Assembly (NCBI GenBank): GCA_022813865.1
Contig: JALDZX010000009.1
Location: 496,001-556,009 of the forward strand
DNA: 60,009 nt
Direction of reading: 5' to 3'
From: Xylographa opegraphella
Taxonomy: Eukaryota
Shown: piece by piece, positions 1 through 13,960 of the stretch
Numbering within the stretch: position 1 is the first letter of the stretch
Layout of the letters: the number at the start of each line of letters is the position of its first letter
Notes under the pieces: generated by a model
What the model was told of the DNA's origin: nothing
The model's input: only the letters and a program-made list of their open reading frames with translations
Database searches by the model: none
Made by a program: the position numbers and the translations under genes

Positions 1-116
1 GGCTGGTGCTTTCCGCCTGCTGTGCAGAGTGTTGGGTTTGTGGCGGATATGCTGTTATCGCCGCCTCCCCGTGGGGAAAGCTTTGTGGAGCGCGTTGGTG
101 GAGGAGTGGTGCGACC

Positions 117-133
117 GGGTGGGTGGGTGGGGG
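117..133 (+). other. Canonical G-quadruplex motif in a purine-rich tract
   Basis: GGGTGGGTGGGTGGGGG at 117-133, within a G/A-rich region spanning about 95-290. Confidence 0.45.
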
Positions 134-483
134 AGGATGGGATGGGGATGGAGAAGGGGAGTTTTTGAGGGAGAGAATTGGGTTTGCTTGGACGAGGAGA
201 TGTAAAAGCGGGGGGGAGTGTGTACGAGGGAAAGAGATACATGAGAGAGGGGTGAATTAGAAGCGCAAGCGGAGGGGGGGGTATTATGGATCATTGTTAT
301 CGAATGGCTTGATGAGATGCTCAAGCTCGGAGATCCGAAGGAGAAGTCAAAGAGTGGTTCAACGTTGCATTGTCGGTGACAAGAAGTATATATACTCTCC
401 ACGCGCGCACCACCACCTCGAGCGGATACCTATAATTATGTACAAGGACCCTCGCTCACAATGCGGATTGAAGGAAGTTTTAA

Positions 484-531
484 TCTCTCTCTCTCTCGCT
501 CTCTCTCTCCCTCTCTCTTCCTCTCTTTCTC
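484..531. repeat. Imperfect (CT)n microsatellite downstream of the kinase gene
   Basis: tctctctctctcgctctctctctccctctctcttcctctctttctct. Confidence 0.8.
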
Positions 532-819
532 TAAGCCTTCTAGACATACACAATTTAAATAACGCTGACCCATTTTCGACTTTTCAGCACCCACCAAGGT
601 GGTGAGACGGATATAATGCAGATGTGAACAAAAGACGCTTTCGTTAAGATGTCATGAAAGGCCCCGCGAAGGCGGGGTATTATTACCGACAAGTGTTAGA
701 TATATGGGACGGCGACCGGAAGGAATCAGCGTAGCTAATCGCTCGAGTATGACGATGGTTTATGGTGATAATCGCTGATGTGGATGCTGAATCCGAAAGG
801 ACGAGGAGAGGCTTCGGTC

Positions 820-3540
820 TTAGAAGACCGACGGAAGTCCAGACTTGGATTGTCGCTTGCTGAATCGCTTGAAACCCTTCAGTTCGTCCGGATTGCTGAT
901 CGACGGGTGCTTCTTGAGATTGTTACGGCCAGTCATGGCTAAAGTGCTATGCGTTCGTCGATCCGCCACCATGTCCAAAGTATTCGTTGGACTAGGTAGT
1001 CCTGACTGTAGATCTTTAAATTCATCACCAGAGTAAGAATTGTTTTGGCTCTGTGAGAAGGCTATTTCCTGAGCACGATCAATGGCATCAATCCATTCTT
1101 GCGCTGCGGATGAGGTGGCTGACCCATCAGAAGATGCAGATTTAGGATCCTCGAACGTGTAATGCTTTTCACGCTGCGCAAAAACTTAGTACGAGGTAAA
1201 GAACCGAGTCTTCTGAGGACATACCGTATCGATGCACCAATAAGACAAGCCCTTTGAATCCTGCATCTTTCTCCATGCACAGCCAGCGCTAAGCAACGAG
1301 ATCTCCGTTTTCGTTTTCTTCTCGTCACCTCCGGCCGCCGCCATGATTACGCGAGCGCTGGATGTTACCATCACTAATCTCTGACGTTTCTTGGTGTTGT
1401 TGCCTCCAAAAAACCTTGAGAACTTGCTTCCGTCACCGTTGTGTCCGTTATTCTTGTTCGATGGACTGTGAGGGGTTGGTGCTGACAAGACCAAGAGGTT
1501 TCCAAGCTTCAAGATCCGCTCATTGTTCCTTGTCAGGACAGGAGACCATTCAATATCTAATTGACTAGGTGGCGGAAGTTCGGTAATGATCCGAGGAGAT
1601 GGACGTGCTGGTCCAGTATTGATGCTCGCACTGGATGCATTGATCGCTTTGGTGCTGTAAGAAGCGGCGATATCAGGCGGAAAGCTGTTGCCATCCCCAT
1701 TGCCACTCGAAATCCCATTAGAAACGCCAAGTCCATTAAGATTGATTGGCTCTGAAGCTGGGGGCCTGTAGCTTTTGAGTTTCGGTGCTTTCTGACTCCA
1801 TAACCCGCGTCCCCATGTTATACCGTCGAAGAATTCGTGATTCTTAATATGCTCAATAGTAAGACGACGAGATGGATCTAGGACTAGCAATCGTTCTACT
1901 AGATCTCGAGCAACTGGAGGAAAGCCTTGAGGAAAAGAGTAGTCGAGTGCCACAATCTTCTGGAAAGTCTGGTATTCATTCCCGGCCTTGAAAGGTGGAC
2001 GTCCTGCAAGTAGTTGATATATAATGCAACCAAAGGCCCATAGATCACTGGCCTTACAAGCGTTTTTATCGGTAAGCAGTTCGGGACTGACATATTCGGC
2101 GGTTCCTACGAACGATGTAGCCCGATTATCCTCTGATCCATCAAGAGGATCGCCTGGCAGTGGGATAGTCGCTGTATCTGAAACCGCCCGTTGCCGCTTG
2201 GGCACATCAAGAATCTTGGCTGTTCCGAAGTCTGTAATTTTGACATGCATTTGGTCATCCATGAGCACGTTCTCTGGCTTGAGGTCCCTGTGGATGACGC
2301 CTCTGGAGTGCATATAATCGATGGTATCCAGAATCTGGGCACCATAGAATCTCGTACATTCTTCGTCGAACGTGGTCAATTTCTTCAAGACACCCAGAAG
2401 TTCTCCACCACTGGCAATATCAAGTACAAAATAAAGTGACCGCTCATCCTGGAAAGTGTAATAGAGTCTCACAACTCCAGGGTGATCTGTAAGTCGATTG
2501 AGTGTGTCTTTCTCAATATTGACATACTTTACCTTCTTTTCCTTGATGATATGTCGTTTATCGAGAACTTTGATAGCGTACTCTTTGTTGGTCTCCCGAT
2601 CTGTAGCTGCTAAGACCGTACTGTAAGAGCCTTCGCCAAGAGTGCGACCAAAATGAAAGTCTTTGACCCCCTTTTTAACATACCGCGCAATCGGTCTTCC
2701 ATTAGCGTCTATCTCGCGTCTCACTCCCAACGCAGCACCTCTATCCTGCCACTCCTCGCTGCTTGCTAAAGGACCTCCCTCAAGACCATATGGCGAGCCG
2801 TTGGAAACACCTACTCTACTTCCTGAGCCGTTACTGGTATACGCCCCTTTCATTCCCCGAGAACTCCTTCGTGGTGGAAGTGGACCATTACTATTATGCA
2901 CGTTTTGACCCTGCCTGTAATCCCTATCTGTATAATTACTTTCTCTTGTGGGTACACCAGCCTGCATTGCCGCAGCAGCACCCCTGGAACTGGTCCTATG
3001 CGGCAAGCCTGATATCGACGTCAACTCTTTGTGTTGACGATAAGATCTATCGCGGATAGGCATATTATTAGCCTGACCCTGATAAGGATATTGTTGTGTA
3101 GGATGGCGAGATGGATTGTTGTATCGCTGTTGCTGCACTACCATGCCATGGTATTGAGGAAACTGAGCTTGTTGTTGGTCTTGATACGTCAGGGGGGCAG
3201 GCTGGCGACCGTGTTGCCGTTGGACATCGGAAACCCCTTCTATCGGTGATATTGGAGCCTGCCTCTCTTGCAAGACGTTTGATTCCTCAAGAACTATAGA
3301 ATCCGTCGAGAACGAGTTAGGGTCAAAGTCCAGTTGAGATAACGGTCGACCAGAGCTGTCGGGAGATATTGGAGGCACAGAGGGGTCCTGTTGAATGATT
3401 TCTTCGCTAGCTAGAGCAAGTGAAGAAGAGAGCGGTGATGCGGAAGGCCTGCGTGATGCAGCGTCTTCTGAGGACGCATTGTCTGGATTGGCGATGCGTA
3501 ATCCGCCCAATGACTGTGATAAGCTCAAATCACCATTCAT
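820..3540 (-). CDS. PKH1: 3-phosphoinositide-dependent protein kinase (PDK1/Pkh1/Ksg1 family); exons 3540-1225 and 1173-820
   Basis: Kinase motifs GEGSYSTV, YAIKVLDK, HRDLKPEN, DFGTAK and SFVGTAEYVSPELL, followed by a PH-like C-terminus (KKRQRLVMVTSSAR). Intron 1224-1174 (GTATGT...TACTAAG...GCGCAG) restores the frame to RFSKRQSKSGLPSVF*. First ATG is at 3540 (MNGDLSLSQ). Confidence 0.95.
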
Positions 3541-4310
3541 TCTCACGGAGAGACCCGAACAACTGAGACCACCAATGTTGAGATCCCTTATATGATCGTT
3601 TGTGGAGGACGAAATCTCCGCAGTCGAAATCTATAAAGATATCGGAGGGTCTGGGAACTGGAGGATTTCGGAGTTGGCGTAGGACCAGGTTGATTGGCAC
3701 AAGGAGTCCTTCTTGCCCAGCATCACTAAGCCATTCCAGGTATGTGTGCTCATACTCTGTGGAGGAGATGAGCTCGAAGGTCTAGGGAGTGGTGGTGCTG
3801 AGACGTTGTGGGTGGGACGTGTCAGTGGTTTGATCTCGCCTGTCTTGGCACCAACGGGAGTGAGAGCGTGGGTAGATCCCAGGTACCTTAAGGGGCTAAG
3901 TCGATCCATGCGCAGCCGAGGCTTCCGCTCTAAGGGTGCCCCGGCGGCTTAGAGCAGTCCTTCCTAGCCTGCCCCGTGTGGCATACCCCCTAAGCACGGA
4001 GTACAATAAGATCACAACTATGCTCTGCGCTTTCACTAGACTACGGATTGCAGTTACGAAGCCCATGGTCCAAAGGACATGCCGCATCTGGAAATTTATA
4101 TGGATCTTGTTTTCTTTCTTTCTTTATTTTACTGGAATATTCCTTCTTATATGAGTTAATATAACTCTCCTACTCTCCCTGGAACTGGAATTTCTTAATG
4201 TCTCCAATCACTTTGTCTGAACATCAGGATATACTGAGAACTGTTTAGCAGGATTGGCAGTATCTAGAATGTTGATGTCTGGTGGCACTGCATCTAAACG
4301 GCGTCGTTTA

Positions 4311-4416
4311 GAATCACCAGCTACTGGAAGATCACCGTCTGCCAGAGGATCACCGGCTTCCGGAACGTTACCGGCTTCTGGAAGGTCACCGGCTCCTAAG
4401 ATTCCACCGGCTCTGG
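4311..4416. repeat. Degenerate ~18-bp tandem repeat, 5-6 units (consensus about GATCACCGGCTTCTGGAA)
   Basis: Units gaatcaccagctactgga / agatcaccgtctgccaga / ggatcaccggcttccgga / acgttaccggcttctgga / aggtcaccggctcctaag. On the minus strand they read GDLPEA GNVPEA GDPLAD GDLPVA. Confidence 0.7.
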
Positions 4417-5600
4417 GAGACGAAGCGCATGTGAGTGCAGTAATGCTGGTCTTGTTCTTGTTGGTAGTAGGTGTAAGCAAGCGAAATTGGTGACACCGCA
4501 GATTCTACGTCTCAAACATCATCAGAAAGGAACAGGGTCGTTGAAAAAACACAGAAGGCATGGAGGAATCTCGAGAGCTGTCTTTCCAAACATCACATGT
4601 ATCGCAATCGAAATTTAAGAGCGTCACCTAAGTTATCTGCGCTAACATTCGATATGAACAATTGGCGTCCAGGGCCAATTTCGCCCACGTCTACGAAAAT
4701 TGCACTTGCTAATATGGAGACCTGCAAGCTATCTTGCCTTGATGCAATGACTCTTCTGGAGGATTTTCTTGGATATATACCAGTGAATTCTCTGCGTGAT
4801 AATGTTGAAAGAGGTATTAAGCGCAGTCACGTCCAGCAATGGGATTCAAGCACTGTACCAATAACTGTTAATAAGGATAAAAACTCCCTAACGTTGGCCA
4901 TGAAGGCTGTAGGTCATCCGTGGAGGCCTACACTGGATATTATATATGGATACTCACCCGGTCTGTTTTTCCAAATCCGAAATACATGATATAACTTCGT
5001 AATGCAAGATTCATCCGAGGCTTGCAAGCATAGTCCTAAGTCCTATCTTGGCATCGGGCCGTGGAAAGATCCGCGAACCCCGGCGAATCACGCCTCGAGA
5101 GCACAATTCCACGTGATAGTTGATGAAATAGTGAAAACTATACTATCTTTCCAAAAGCGAAGGCTACAAGAGACGCTGGGGTGACCAGATGAGAAACAAA
5201 CCTAAAGTCGAGTGGACGATGACTTCCTTCAACAATGGAGGTTTTTCGGAGGCTTATCCAGTAAATGGAACAATCGATGGCGGCACCATGGCGGAGATCC
5301 ATACATCATGAGACAGAGCATCTTTGAAAGAACGCAGATGGAAGCTAAGAGTCAGCAAATCAATCATCCTGAACGAAAATCTGGGCTTCTTGGCAGCACT
5401 GTGTTGTTTGGAGTGCTATCCGTCGGTGCCTTTGCGAAAAGACGAGTCTACCAACATACAGCATCTACGCTCTTTCCTCTCTTTTGCGAGCCTTCCTAGT
5501 TTGGATGTTACGAATATTTTAATCAAAACACCCCATTCTCAAATTATGTTTGCGTTTTCACGTTTTCATTTTCTCCTTTGCTTCCGTCTCAAAATGCACC

Positions 5601-7649
5601 ATGCTACGCTTACCTGCCACAAAGATTGACCTAGGCCCACGAGATCTAGCCTGGCACATCGATCGCTATCGTCAGCGCAAAGTTCAGTACGAAGAATTCT
5701 GCTCTGTGAAAGGGTCTCTGAGATTTGCGCACCAAACAACTCAACCGTTTCGATGTCTGCCAGCTCAACAGGCATATGTACCGCAAGCAGCAGGCGTTGT
5801 GGTTGTCGACGATGCCCTAGTCTGCAGTGAACCGGTACCTCGCGACTCCACAGCCTTCTGGAATGGTGTATTGGCCATTGCCGGCACACCTATACAGAAT
5901 TCTAGGTCACTTCCCCAAGAGAGATATTCTGACGTCGAATTCGCTGCTAGTTCTTCCGAAAGTCATCAGACATCGAACCCATCAGATCCTTCAAGTGGTT
6001 TTGATGAACTAGAGGTTCTTCATCAAGGACATGAACATGGTCACCACGCTCGCAATCTTCGAGATATAGTCGAAGCCGGAAGTCGACTTGCAGAGCTGCG
6101 ATCCCAATTCTCCGCAGATTCATCGCAGTCCTCTGAGAACGGAAAAGACGACCCTACAAACACTTTCGTGGATCTGGAAGCCGGTAGAGGCGCCACGCCT
6201 GTGCGCCGTCGTTCATTCTTCAGCTTCAGACGTGCCGAACATGACGGCGGCACCGACGAAGATATCTCGAGTCTATCCAGAAGTTTCTCCAGCCAACTCG
6301 ATTTCAATGATTCTCATGAGTCGATGCCTCGGTACGGCGAAAACGAGGGAGAAGAGGATCTGGCAACCGCAAGAGCTGTACCTATCAACAGATTTGTTGC
6401 TCGACCAGTGTTGCAGCACCCCACGTCTGGCTTGCGTGGCCAGGGCTCACAGCTAGAGGACGAGGAAGCAGAGCTGGCAGAGACCATCGCAAGCCTCCAC
6501 GAGCTAATTGACGGGGCTGTATCACCAGCACCCAGACTTCCTACGCATATTGAGCACATTCGAAGCCGCTCTGGTACTGTCGTTCGTTCACCCCTGTACC
6601 TGACCCAAGCCGTCGCCTCCAGCTCGCCCGAGAGGCCCAGAACGGCGTCCCCGTATCGCAACAGCCTCCAGCCCGGCTCAATGACCAGTCTCCTGTCTCT
6701 ACCGCCTCGTCGCGCGAAGCAGTACAAACCACAAAGTCACGGCTCACTGGCCCCGCAGACATACTACGACTCGCACGACATATACCAAGCCACCAACCCC
6801 GAGCGGGACGAGGTCAACGGCCCACAAAACCTCATATCCACCAGCGACAGCCATTCCGTCGGCTCTCCCTCCATACCTCCCAGAGCTTACGCCTCTGCCG
6901 TGGACTCCTTCACCTCATCGCCACCTCTGCCATCCCCCCAATCCGACACCACGACCCAGCTCCACGCCCATGCGCACTCCCCTTCGCTCCCACCTCTACC
7001 CCCACCATTCTCCTCAACCCGCCGCCTCCTTTCCTTCAACCTCGCACTGCCCTCTTCCTCCTCCCCCACCAGCCCCTTCACCAGCCCCGCGCCGCACGCA
7101 TCCCCAACGCAGACCCACTCCCCCCGCACCAGCACGCCCCATCGGCACAACAACCCTTTCCACAGCCTCCCATCCCGCTCAGCAACCCCCCTCCCTCACC
7201 ACTCCACCCCTTCCCCCTCCTCGCCACCCACCCCCCACCGCAGCACCATGCGCATCTACAACGACGCCCTCCCCGCCCTCGCGCAGCCGCAGACGCCGCT
7301 CGGCCTGCCGCGGCACGGTGTCCACGCGGGAGCATACTACACGGCACCCGTGCGAGGCAACCGGAGGGACGAGACGCAAGACCGCGGAGGGGAGGAGGAG
7401 CGAGGATACGGGCACAACCACCGCGCAGTCGCAACGCACCGCCCTTCGCCGTGGCATACTGCCACCACCACTCCGACGCGGACGCCCTGGCTGCGTCGGA
7501 GTCGGGCGAGAGGCTTGGATGAGCAGGAGAATGTCGGGGTTCATGTCGAGGCGGAGAGGAGGTTGAGGTGGAGGGCGCGCGAGAGGGAGAGGGAGCTGGA
7601 GAGGGAGAGGTGGGAGATGGAGAGGCCGGGAGGAGAGGAAGGTGGGTGA
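5601..7649 (+). CDS. Hypothetical 682-aa Ser/Pro-rich protein with an N-terminal APC/C Cdc26-like motif
   Basis: Single long ORF from ATG 5601 (CACCATG context). N-terminus MLRLPATKIDLGPRDL, a low-complexity middle, and a C-terminal block MRIYNDALPALAQPQTPLGLP. Confidence 0.8.
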   Translation: MLRLPATKIDLGPRDLAWHIDRYRQRKVQYEEFCSVKGSLRFAHQTTQPFRCLPAQQAYVPQAAGVVVVDDALVCSEPVPRDSTAFWNGVLAIAGTPIQNSRSLPQERYSDVEFAASSSESHQTSNPSDPSSGFDELEVLHQGHEHGHHARNLRDIVEAGSRLAELRSQFSADSSQSSENGKDDPTNTFVDLEAGRGATPVRRRSFFSFRRAEHDGGTDEDISSLSRSFSSQLDFNDSHESMPRYGENEGEEDLATARAVPINRFVARPVLQHPTSGLRGQGSQLEDEEAELAETIASLHELIDGAVSPAPRLPTHIEHIRSRSGTVVRSPLYLTQAVASSSPERPRTASPYRNSLQPGSMTSLLSLPPRRAKQYKPQSHGSLAPQTYYDSHDIYQATNPERDEVNGPQNLISTSDSHSVGSPSIPPRAYASAVDSFTSSPPLPSPQSDTTTQLHAHAHSPSLPPLPPPFSSTRRLLSFNLALPSSSSPTSPFTSPAPHASPTQTHSPRTSTPHRHNNPFHSLPSRSATPLPHHSTPSPSSPPTPHRSTMRIYNDALPALAQPQTPLGLPRHGVHAGAYYTAPVRGNRRDETQDRGGEEERGYGHNHRAVATHRPSPWHTATTTPTRTPWLRRSRARGLDEQENVGVHVEAERRLRWRARERERELERERWEMERPGGEEGG

Positions 7650-8154
7650 GGAGGAGTGGGGCATGGGGAGCGGGTGAGCAGAGTGGACGGTGGATTGTGA
7701 TATCGGTATTGGTCAAGCATCCTGGACCGTGGCTATAGCTAGCTAGGTGGTTCGCCATCAGGATTTGGTCAGAGGGTCTGCTTGGATCGAGAGGTCGTTG
7801 CCCCTTTGCGACTTTCCATCCCCCGTCGTGGCGTGAAATTGTGCGAAGGGTGTCAGGGAATTGCAGGCGTGAGGAAGTCAGGAGCTGGCATCACTGATTG
7901 TAGATAGGTAGGCATACGAATGTGCAATGTTAAATCCACCAACGTGACGATGGTACCAATCTCAATACTTTTTATATCTATCTACCGTGCCCGTCTAATT
8001 CCGCGAAACCTATGCAGCACTTTATAACGACGGCCTGCGAGCGCGAGCTTATGTATCAGAAACGGGAATATAGGCACATGGACAACATAGCAAAGCGGTT
8101 CCCGGACTGCCAAAAAAAAATTCTACTCTATTTGACTCAGCGCAACGCCACTGT

Positions 8155-10138
<1,984 letters not shown>

Positions 10139-11519
10139 ACTGCCAGAAAGAAAAGTTCTGGAGACTTGGATGATCTGTCTGGACAGTGAGAAGGTCCGGT
10201 ATGGGGTTACAGGAATTTTGTGCGGATATCGGGCGCGCAATTGAGGGCGTGATAGTGGCTCAAATGTTCGATCAAAGATGGCTTTTTTGGTACTGAGTGA
10301 AAGCGTATCCTAAGTCTCCCGACTAATGACTTAGGCCAGATTCTAGAGCTCGAGTTTCTGGCAAGGCCAACCCCGGCCTCGACCTTATCGTCATTTAAGT
10401 GCACGTTCTACTACTAGTTAAGGGGTGGCAACACTCTTTTTTCTCCGTCCTGGTCAGGGGGATCGACCGGGCGTGCATGCTTCATGCGGTAGGCGCTTCG
10501 GCTGCAAGAGTTTCACCCAGCTCGACAATCACTCTCTGCGTGCCACATGCTGACACGGCGCTGGGCTCATTGGCTGAGCTCGGTCTGAAACTCCGGTCGT
10601 GCACTGCACGCAGAAGACTGCCATACTCTGGGAGGAAGAGACAATTGATTTCAAGTCTGCTGGTCGGGCTGGAGTCCAAGGCCGTGGATGAAGCAGTCCA
10701 CTATTCTACGGATGGCTATATCCTACACACGCCCTCCGTCCACGTCGCTCCATCCGGACAGTGCCGATGCTGCTCGAGGTCGAAGGCCGGGAGGACGGCG
10801 ATACAACGACTCGGGGCGCTGCATTGCACTTGCTCGTCTTCCCATCACACGCCCCACCATTGCTTGATTGTAGATCTATGAAGTAGCATTGAGGGTACCC
10901 GTAGACCATGATAGGCATGTGATTGATCATAATGCTGATTGGTGTTATTGTTTGCGGACAAGCCACCTGGGGATGAGGATCTAGTGGCCGGTGCAATCCC
11001 CGCCGAAGGACTCAAAGGAGAAGGCAGGCGCAAAGCGATGGCATGACATTCGCCGGTGTCTATTCCCTCGAGCAGAAGCCGGCTCGCAGTAGAGAACTCG
11101 TCGCATCTCTTCACACCCAGACACAGATCTGTCCTTGCGCCAAAAGGAGGGAGTGTGAAGAGTGTGGTGTGTAATATTTGGCCTGACGTATTTCGGGAAC
11201 GGAGCTAACTAATCCTAACGAATTCCCTCGCGTCAGATCGCTGCTCCCTGTCCTTCAACTCCACTTCGAGGCCACACTTTCAGACTGTGAAAGCCGACCT
11301 CATCCTCGTCCTCGTCCTCGTCTTCCTCTCCATCCTCCGCCTTGCGTCCACTGTCGTTTGTGTCACGTACGACTTGTTCTACTTCACGAAGATACAGCTC
11401 CTACCTGTAGAAGTGCAAACCTTACTCCTTCGTTCAACCTGGTTGGCGTCGGCAGCCTCGAGCGGTCGCGCCCGTTCTCCCTTCAAGCCTTCTTCGACTC
11501 CCAGAAATCTCCACGCATC

Positions 11520-12868
11520 ATGTCGGCCGGCGAGGAAAAAGAGCGGATCTCGGGGGACATCCCGCGATCAGAGGCGACCTCATCTTTGCAGCCAATGGAG
11601 TTCACCGAGAAACCTCAAGCCCCAGTCGTGGCATATCATCCTGCCGTCTACGTCGTAGCATGGATTACCATGAGCTCCAGCGTCATCCTATTCAACAAAT
11701 GGATCCTGGATACCGCTGGCTTTCGATTCCCAATCATCCTTACCACATGGCATTTGGCCTTCGGAACTCTGATGACCCAGATTCTATCCCGAACCACTAC
11801 TCTTCTGGATGGGCGCAAGAAAGTGAAGATGACTGGAAGGGTATACCTACGGGCGATAATGCCGATTGGATTGTTCTTCAGCTTGTCGCTTATTTGCGGC
11901 AATCTTACATATTTGTATCTCAGTGTGGCATTCATCCAGATGCTGAAGGTCTGTTTCCCTCCATGGGATCCATGGGAGCTGGATGCGCGTATCTCATAGC
12001 TAACGTTTCCCCAGGCTACGACTCCAGTAGCAGTCTTGTTGTCCTCGTGGGTCATGGGTCTTGCCCAACCTAACCTCAAGGTTCTATTCAACATCTCCTT
12101 CATCGTTGCCGGGGTCATCATTGCTTCATTCGGAGAGATCAAATTCGTGCTCATTGGGGTTCTCTTCCAACTCGGTGGTGTCATTTTCGAGGCCATCCGC
12201 CTTACCCTGGTTCAATCGCTGCTTTCTTCCGCCGAATACAAGATGGACCCTCTAGTGTCATTCTACTATTTCGCCCCTGTTTGCGCCATAATGAACGGGC
12301 TCGTTTCCCTCATTTTCGAGGTCCCTTATATCCACATGTCGGATATCGCTCGCGTCGGATACTTCACTCTACTGGCCAATGCTATGGTAGCGTTTGGGCT
12401 GAACGTCTGTGTGGTGTTCTTGGTAATGCAATCAAATCCCCGCCTTTGGCTCGTATTGTTTACTGATACCGTGCCTGTCTATAGATTGGCCGGACTTCCG
12501 CCGTAGTAATGACGCTATGCGGAGTTCTCAAAGACATCCTCCTTGTTTTCGCCTCCATCATGATCTGGGGTACACCTGTCACCGCTCTCCAGTACTTCGG
12601 TTACAGCATAGCGCTTGGTGGAATGGTATACTACAAACTTGGTGCTGAGTCCATCAAGTCCTTCCTTTCGGAACTCGGCCGCTCGTGGGCCGAATACGGT
12701 GCCAAGCACCCTGTACAACGCAAGGTGGTTATCTTCGGCATGGTCATTTTGACGATTCTTGTGGTTCTGGGCGGCCTGGCTCCGTCGGTAGGATATGATC
12801 CTGGGCAGATGGTGATGGATGGGACTAAGTGGTGGTCGAGCAAGGAACACACGACGAACGGAAGCTGA
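11520..12868 (+). CDS. glfB: Nucleotide-sugar transporter (TPT/DUF250 family), probable UDP-galactofuranose transporter; exons 11520-11948, 12015-12422, 12485-12868
   Basis: Motifs SSSVILFNKWIL, FPIILTTWHL, YLSVAFIQMLK, MDPLVSFYYFAP and TLCGVLKDILL. Lies divergent from glfA, as in Aspergillus. Confidence 0.9.
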
Positions 12869-13766
12869 AAAATGAAATAGCACTCTATTACTCGGCTGTT
12901 TTCTCTCTCTCTCTCTATGAGCGAGCTTTGCATGCTTACATGTGGTCTTGGCTTTGTATTGATGCATCATTAGCTATGCGCAGGAACTCTCGATAGACTG
13001 GCTGGATGTCGCTTATAGTAACTGCTGGGGGTAATCTACTGCTACTTCTAATACTCGGTACCGCCTTTCCGTTTCCTATCTGCTATATCACTCAATGGCT
13101 TCTCAATTTCGATACAAGGTGACTGTGGTGTGCGTACGGCTCCGTCAAGCTTTGCTTCTTATCACCACCACGAGCGATTACATCGCACTAGGTGTGGTAA
13201 CATGTGCATCTTTCGTAACTATCCGTTTTCTTCTGTCAAATATCAAACTGGATACCTAGAGATGTCCTCCGGTATGAAAACCGGTTTCTGAGGCCGGGTA
13301 AATGAGTCGGTGGCAGTGTCAAGTCCTCCATTGATATTGGGGTCGTTTCCCTGCACCGATAATAGAACTTTTGATCTATTCGTTCACGCCATATCCTACC
13401 TCGCCGTGCTTGCAGTGGCTCTGACCTGCGCTCGCAGCTTTGTCACAGGACGGGACGATGTTTCTGGTTTACAATGAAAAACTTTTCTGTACAGCAGATT
13501 CGTCGATTGGGGTGACCGCATGGTTTAAGCGTCACAAAACAAGTGGGCCGGCGTGACAAGCGGCGACAAGCCTGTGATGTCGAACTTTGCATTTTGGTCA
13601 CAAAGAGCGGTATTACTGTAACGATTGACTGATGAGAGAGATCGGATGAATGTTTAACCTCTATCGAATATGTTGTAGCTGAATCAGCTGAACCACATGG
13701 AATTTTTTTTGTTGATATCTAACTTTATATTGATCGTGTATCAAGTTCTGACTTTCTCCGTGTTGC

Positions 13767-13960
13767 TCATACCGCCGAGGCCTTAGTTTTTCCGGGAAGA
13801 GAAAGATCAAGTCCGACGCGACCAACCGAGTTGCATACGCCAATGACGCCTTCACCAAGTATTATCAAGGTAAACAGTTCAAGTCTTTCAACTATACTGG
13901 TCTTCTTGGAACTCATAAACTGTACTCGCGAGCCGGCGCCGAAGCAGAAAAAGCAAGATA
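13767..13960 (-). pseudogene. Isolated fragment of a fungal LtrA-like (low temperature requirement A) membrane-protein gene
   Basis: FMSSKKTSIVERLELFTLIILGEGVIGVCNSV resembles the LtrA hallmark ERxxLxTLIxLGE. No upstream or downstream exons were recognisable. Confidence 0.55.

Noticed and set aside
662..677. GC hairpin CCCCGC-GAAG-GCGGGG
   Set aside because: Looks like a bacterial terminator stem but has no U-tract and lies in a fungal 3' UTR. A 6-bp stem can arise by chance.
6970..7758. Overlapping 160-226 aa ORFs on both strands
   Set aside because: Artefacts of high GC and low stop-codon frequency.
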